A DNA stretch of 31,238 nucleotides, taken from positions 1-31,238 of the forward strand of contig JBBRDV010000011.1 of NCBI GenBank assembly GCA_038203565.1. The letters are read 5' to 3'. A program made the position numbers and the translations under genes. The notes below the pieces were generated by a model, which did not search any database, was not told the origin of the DNA, and saw only the letters and a list, made by a program, of their open reading frames with translations. This DNA is from Atribacterota bacterium. GTDB taxonomy: Bacteria; Atribacterota; Phoenicimicrobiia; Phoenicimicrobiales; Phoenicimicrobiaceae. Below are positions 28,851-31,238 of the stretch, piece after piece; the stretch's first letter is position 1; every line of letters begins with the position of its first letter.

Positions 28851-30013
28851 AGGGTCATTCCTAAATATTTTTTTCTATAGAAAAAGATAAAAAATGAGAC
28901 CATCAAATCCAGTAAAAAAGCCATTGCAACCAACGGAATAACCCCCAATAATATTAGATCCGGCGATGCCTGGGCTAAGCCTAAAAAAATAATACTTCCC
29001 AGTCCTCCGCCTCCGATAAGCCCGGCAAGAATGGTATTACCGATGGATTGTGTCATTGCTATTCTGATTCCTCCTAAAATAACCGGCAAAGAAAGCGGCA
29101 ATTGGACCTTCCAGAAAGATTGATTGGCTTTCATGCCCATTGCGCTTGCGATTTCCAATAAGTTCTGGTCAATCATTCTCAGCCCTGCCATGGTATTGTG
29201 AATAATGGGAAACAAGGCATAAATAATTAGAATAATAAAAGCGGGAGTAAACCCTACCCCTCTTATCCCTATATTTCTCAGCCACTGGCTTCTTTCACCT
29301 AAAAAGGTCAGAGGCACCATGATCAGTCCAAGCAAAGATAGAGTAGGTATGGTCTGTCCCAAATTAACCAAAAAAAGGATGGGATTATTTCTTCTTCTGC
29401 TTTTATGGATCAATACACCGATAGGAATACCGGCCAAAATAGCGATGATAACAGAAAAAAACGAGAGGGAAAAATGTCTGCTTATTTGCCGGAAAAAGGT
29501 GCTGCTTCTATTAAAAAACTCTTTCATGATGGAAAGCTGATTCAAGTGGCCGCTAAGTAGAAAAATAAAGATCACTAAGAAAATGGCCAAGTAAAACAAT
29601 CTTCTCTGCAGTATAGCCTTCTCATATCCCTTAAAACTGCCGGTGATAACCATGTAGATACCAAGAAAAAAAAGATAGAAACCTCCGCCTAAGGAGACCC
29701 TACCGTTTGGTATTTGATTAAAAACATCTTTTTCTAAGGCTGTCCCCAATAGATATAATGCCGATCCAGCCATGAAAAACGAAAAAAAACCAATCATCAA
29801 TTGATGCTGTTTATTATTCGCTATGGCGAAAACAAGGGTCAAAATCGAGAGAACCAATAATAGCAAAAAACCATTTCCAAAAAGTCCTCTGGCATATACA
29901 TTGGTTCCGCTCAGCACTCTATTCGGTCTGTATTGGGCAAAACTAAAAAAAAGTAAAGAAAGAGCAATGATCAATGCCCCCAAGACAGCAACTTTATTCC
30001 CCGGTTTTTCCAT
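28847..30013 (-). CDS. Osmoprotectant ABC permease, long form (YehY-like)
   Basis: PNRVLSG N-terminal motif, [26 protein letters not shown]. Confidence 0.88.
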   Translation of the reverse strand: MEKPGNKVAVLGALIIALSLLFFSFAQYRPNRVLSGTNVYARGLFGNGFLLLLVLSILTLVFAIANNKQHQLMIGFFSFFMAGSALYLLGTALEKDVFNQIPNGRVSLGGGFYLFFLGIYMVITGSFKGYEKAILQRRLFYLAIFLVIFIFLLSGHLNQLSIMKEFFNRSSTFFRQISRHFSLSFFSVIIAILAGIPIGVLIHKSRRRNNPILFLVNLGQTIPTLSLLGLIMVPLTFLGERSQWLRNIGIRGVGFTPAFIILIIYALFPIIHNTMAGLRMIDQNLLEIASAMGMKANQSFWKVQLPLSLPVILGGIRIAMTQSIGNTILAGLIGGGGLGSIIFLGLAQASPDLILLGVIPLVAMAFLLDLMVSFFIFFYRKKYLGMTL

Positions 30014-30023
30014 GGTGATATCC

Positions 30024-30971
30024 TTATTTGATGATCATTTCATTTTCCTCAAGATATTCTCTGGCTACTTTTTCGGCATCCAGCCCATTATAAGCGACTT
30101 TTGCATTCAGTTCCCGTAAATCTTCTATATTTAGATTTTCGAATAATCTTTTCAGCGCCTCTTCAATTTCCGGATATTTTTCATACAAAGAACCCTTTAA
30201 AACCGGAGCCGGAAGATAGACAGGGGGAATGCTTTTGGGGTCATCCAATACCACAAGGTCCATTTTATCCAAGGCGCCGTCTGTACCGTAGACCAAAGAT
30301 ATATTCACTCCATTGGTCCCTTCCTCCAACGCTTTCAACATTTCGGTCGTATTTCCCGAGGCAAGGATGATAAGCTGGTCAGCGCTAAGCTGAAATCCGT
30401 AGGCCTGTTCAAAACCGCGCAGTCCCTTGATATTTTCGGCAAAGGCAGTGGAGGTAATCAACTTTACCTCTCCCCCTTCATTGGCATATCTTGCCAAATC
30501 TTCCATATTTTTGATATTATTGGCTTCGGAAAATTCCTTTTTTATTGCCAGGGCTTCGGTATTATTGACATTCGCAGGCTCCAGCCAGATCAGCTGATTG
30601 ACCTCTTCGTCCAGTTTTTTGGTCAAGAGGTATCCCTTTTGGGCATCAGACCAGACCTCGGTATCTTCTGTATCATGATAATACTGGCCTGAACCGGTGT
30701 AATCCAATACCAGATCAACTTCCCCTGCCATCAGGGCTTTTCTGAGTATATCCGGTGTGCCAAACTCCGTTTTATCTATCACTTCAAAGCCTTCCTGTTT
30801 CAGCAAAATGACCATCATCTTCCCCAAGACAGCACCTTCAGTATCGATAAAGGTAGCAATGGTAACAGGCCCTTTTTTCGCTTCTTCTTTGCTGTCCTGG
30901 TTATTAGTGCAGCCAAGAAGACACATAGAAATTAAAACTATAATAAAAATAACAGTTATTTTTTTCATCAT
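30024..30971 (-). CDS. Glycine-betaine/osmoprotectant ABC substrate-binding lipoprotein (OsmF/YehZ-like)
   Basis: Lipobox LLGC, IDTEG, DYTG, NNT.A.A, YGTDG, PVY.PAP. Confidence 0.9.
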   Translation of the reverse strand: MMKKITVIFIIVLISMCLLGCTNNQDSKEEAKKGPVTIATFIDTEGAVLGKMMVILLKQEGFEVIDKTEFGTPDILRKALMAGEVDLVLDYTGSGQYYHDTEDTEVWSDAQKGYLLTKKLDEEVNQLIWLEPANVNNTEALAIKKEFSEANNIKNMEDLARYANEGGEVKLITSTAFAENIKGLRGFEQAYGFQLSADQLIILASGNTTEMLKALEEGTNGVNISLVYGTDGALDKMDLVVLDDPKSIPPVYLPAPVLKGSLYEKYPEIEEALKRLFENLNIEDLRELNAKVAYNGLDAEKVAREYLEENEMIIK

Positions 30972-31081
30972 AACAACACCTCTTTTTTTATAAAATTTGT
31001 AAAAATAAAATTATACTAAAGTTAGTATAACAAAAAGATATCCTAATATTAAAGATTATCCCTTAATATTGTCTCTGTTAT

Positions 31082-31237
31082 CTACCCGCTAAAACTAATC
31101 AATACTTTTTTAATATCATGCAAAAACTCAATCTTTTCCTTTATCTCTTCCTTGATTGAATTGACAAATTGATGATTTTCCGGCAGGTCAACATCTATTT
31201 CAACTATCCCTTCTTTTAACTCTATTTTTTTTATTAA
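31082..31237 (-). CDS. 3' end of a CDS running off the window; DUF59/FeS-assembly-like domain possible
   Basis: Open frame LIKKIELKEGIVEIDVDLPENHQFVNSIKEEIKEKIEFLHDIKKVLISFSG*. Confidence 0.5.
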   Translation of the reverse strand, partial: LIKKIELKEGIVEIDVDLPENHQFVNSIKEEIKEKIEFLHDIKKVLISFSG

Positions 31238-31238
31238 T

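Overview
A low-GC (roughly 35%) window that looks like an anaerobic bacterium's accessory region; the taxon cannot be fixed from sequence alone. From left to right: a sulfur-handling operon (MBL-rhodanese fusion, SLC13/TrkA-C permease, two YeeE/YedE proteins); a general/oxidative-stress cluster (GlsB/YeaQ, hemerythrin-like protein, large-subunit catalase); a decayed P1B-4 metal ATPase, an atypical cis-prenyltransferase and a YihY protein; a nested stack of mobile elements (RAYT-like Y1/HUH transposase cut by IS110, cut by an IS21-type end, with an IS630 inserted beside it); a small ferritin-like gene, a decayed FAD oxidoreductase, a DUF2769-like Cys protein and a toxin-antitoxin relic; a TPP-riboswitch operon (thiamine-binding protein, ThiXYZ-like ABC, SAM methyltransferase, thiN); a second Y1 element with terminal inverted repeats; dodecin, a basic hypothetical protein, a PQQ-type dehydrogenase, a secreted rhodanese and a YehWXYZ/Opu-type osmoprotectant ABC transporter. 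The most intriguing signal is that copies of the Y1-element end motif (AAAGGGGTxAxGTCTCAACA / TGACCCC) lie at junctions between unrelated gene patches, one fused directly to a truncated gene fragment. This suggests, but does not prove, HUH-transposase-mediated gene capture.
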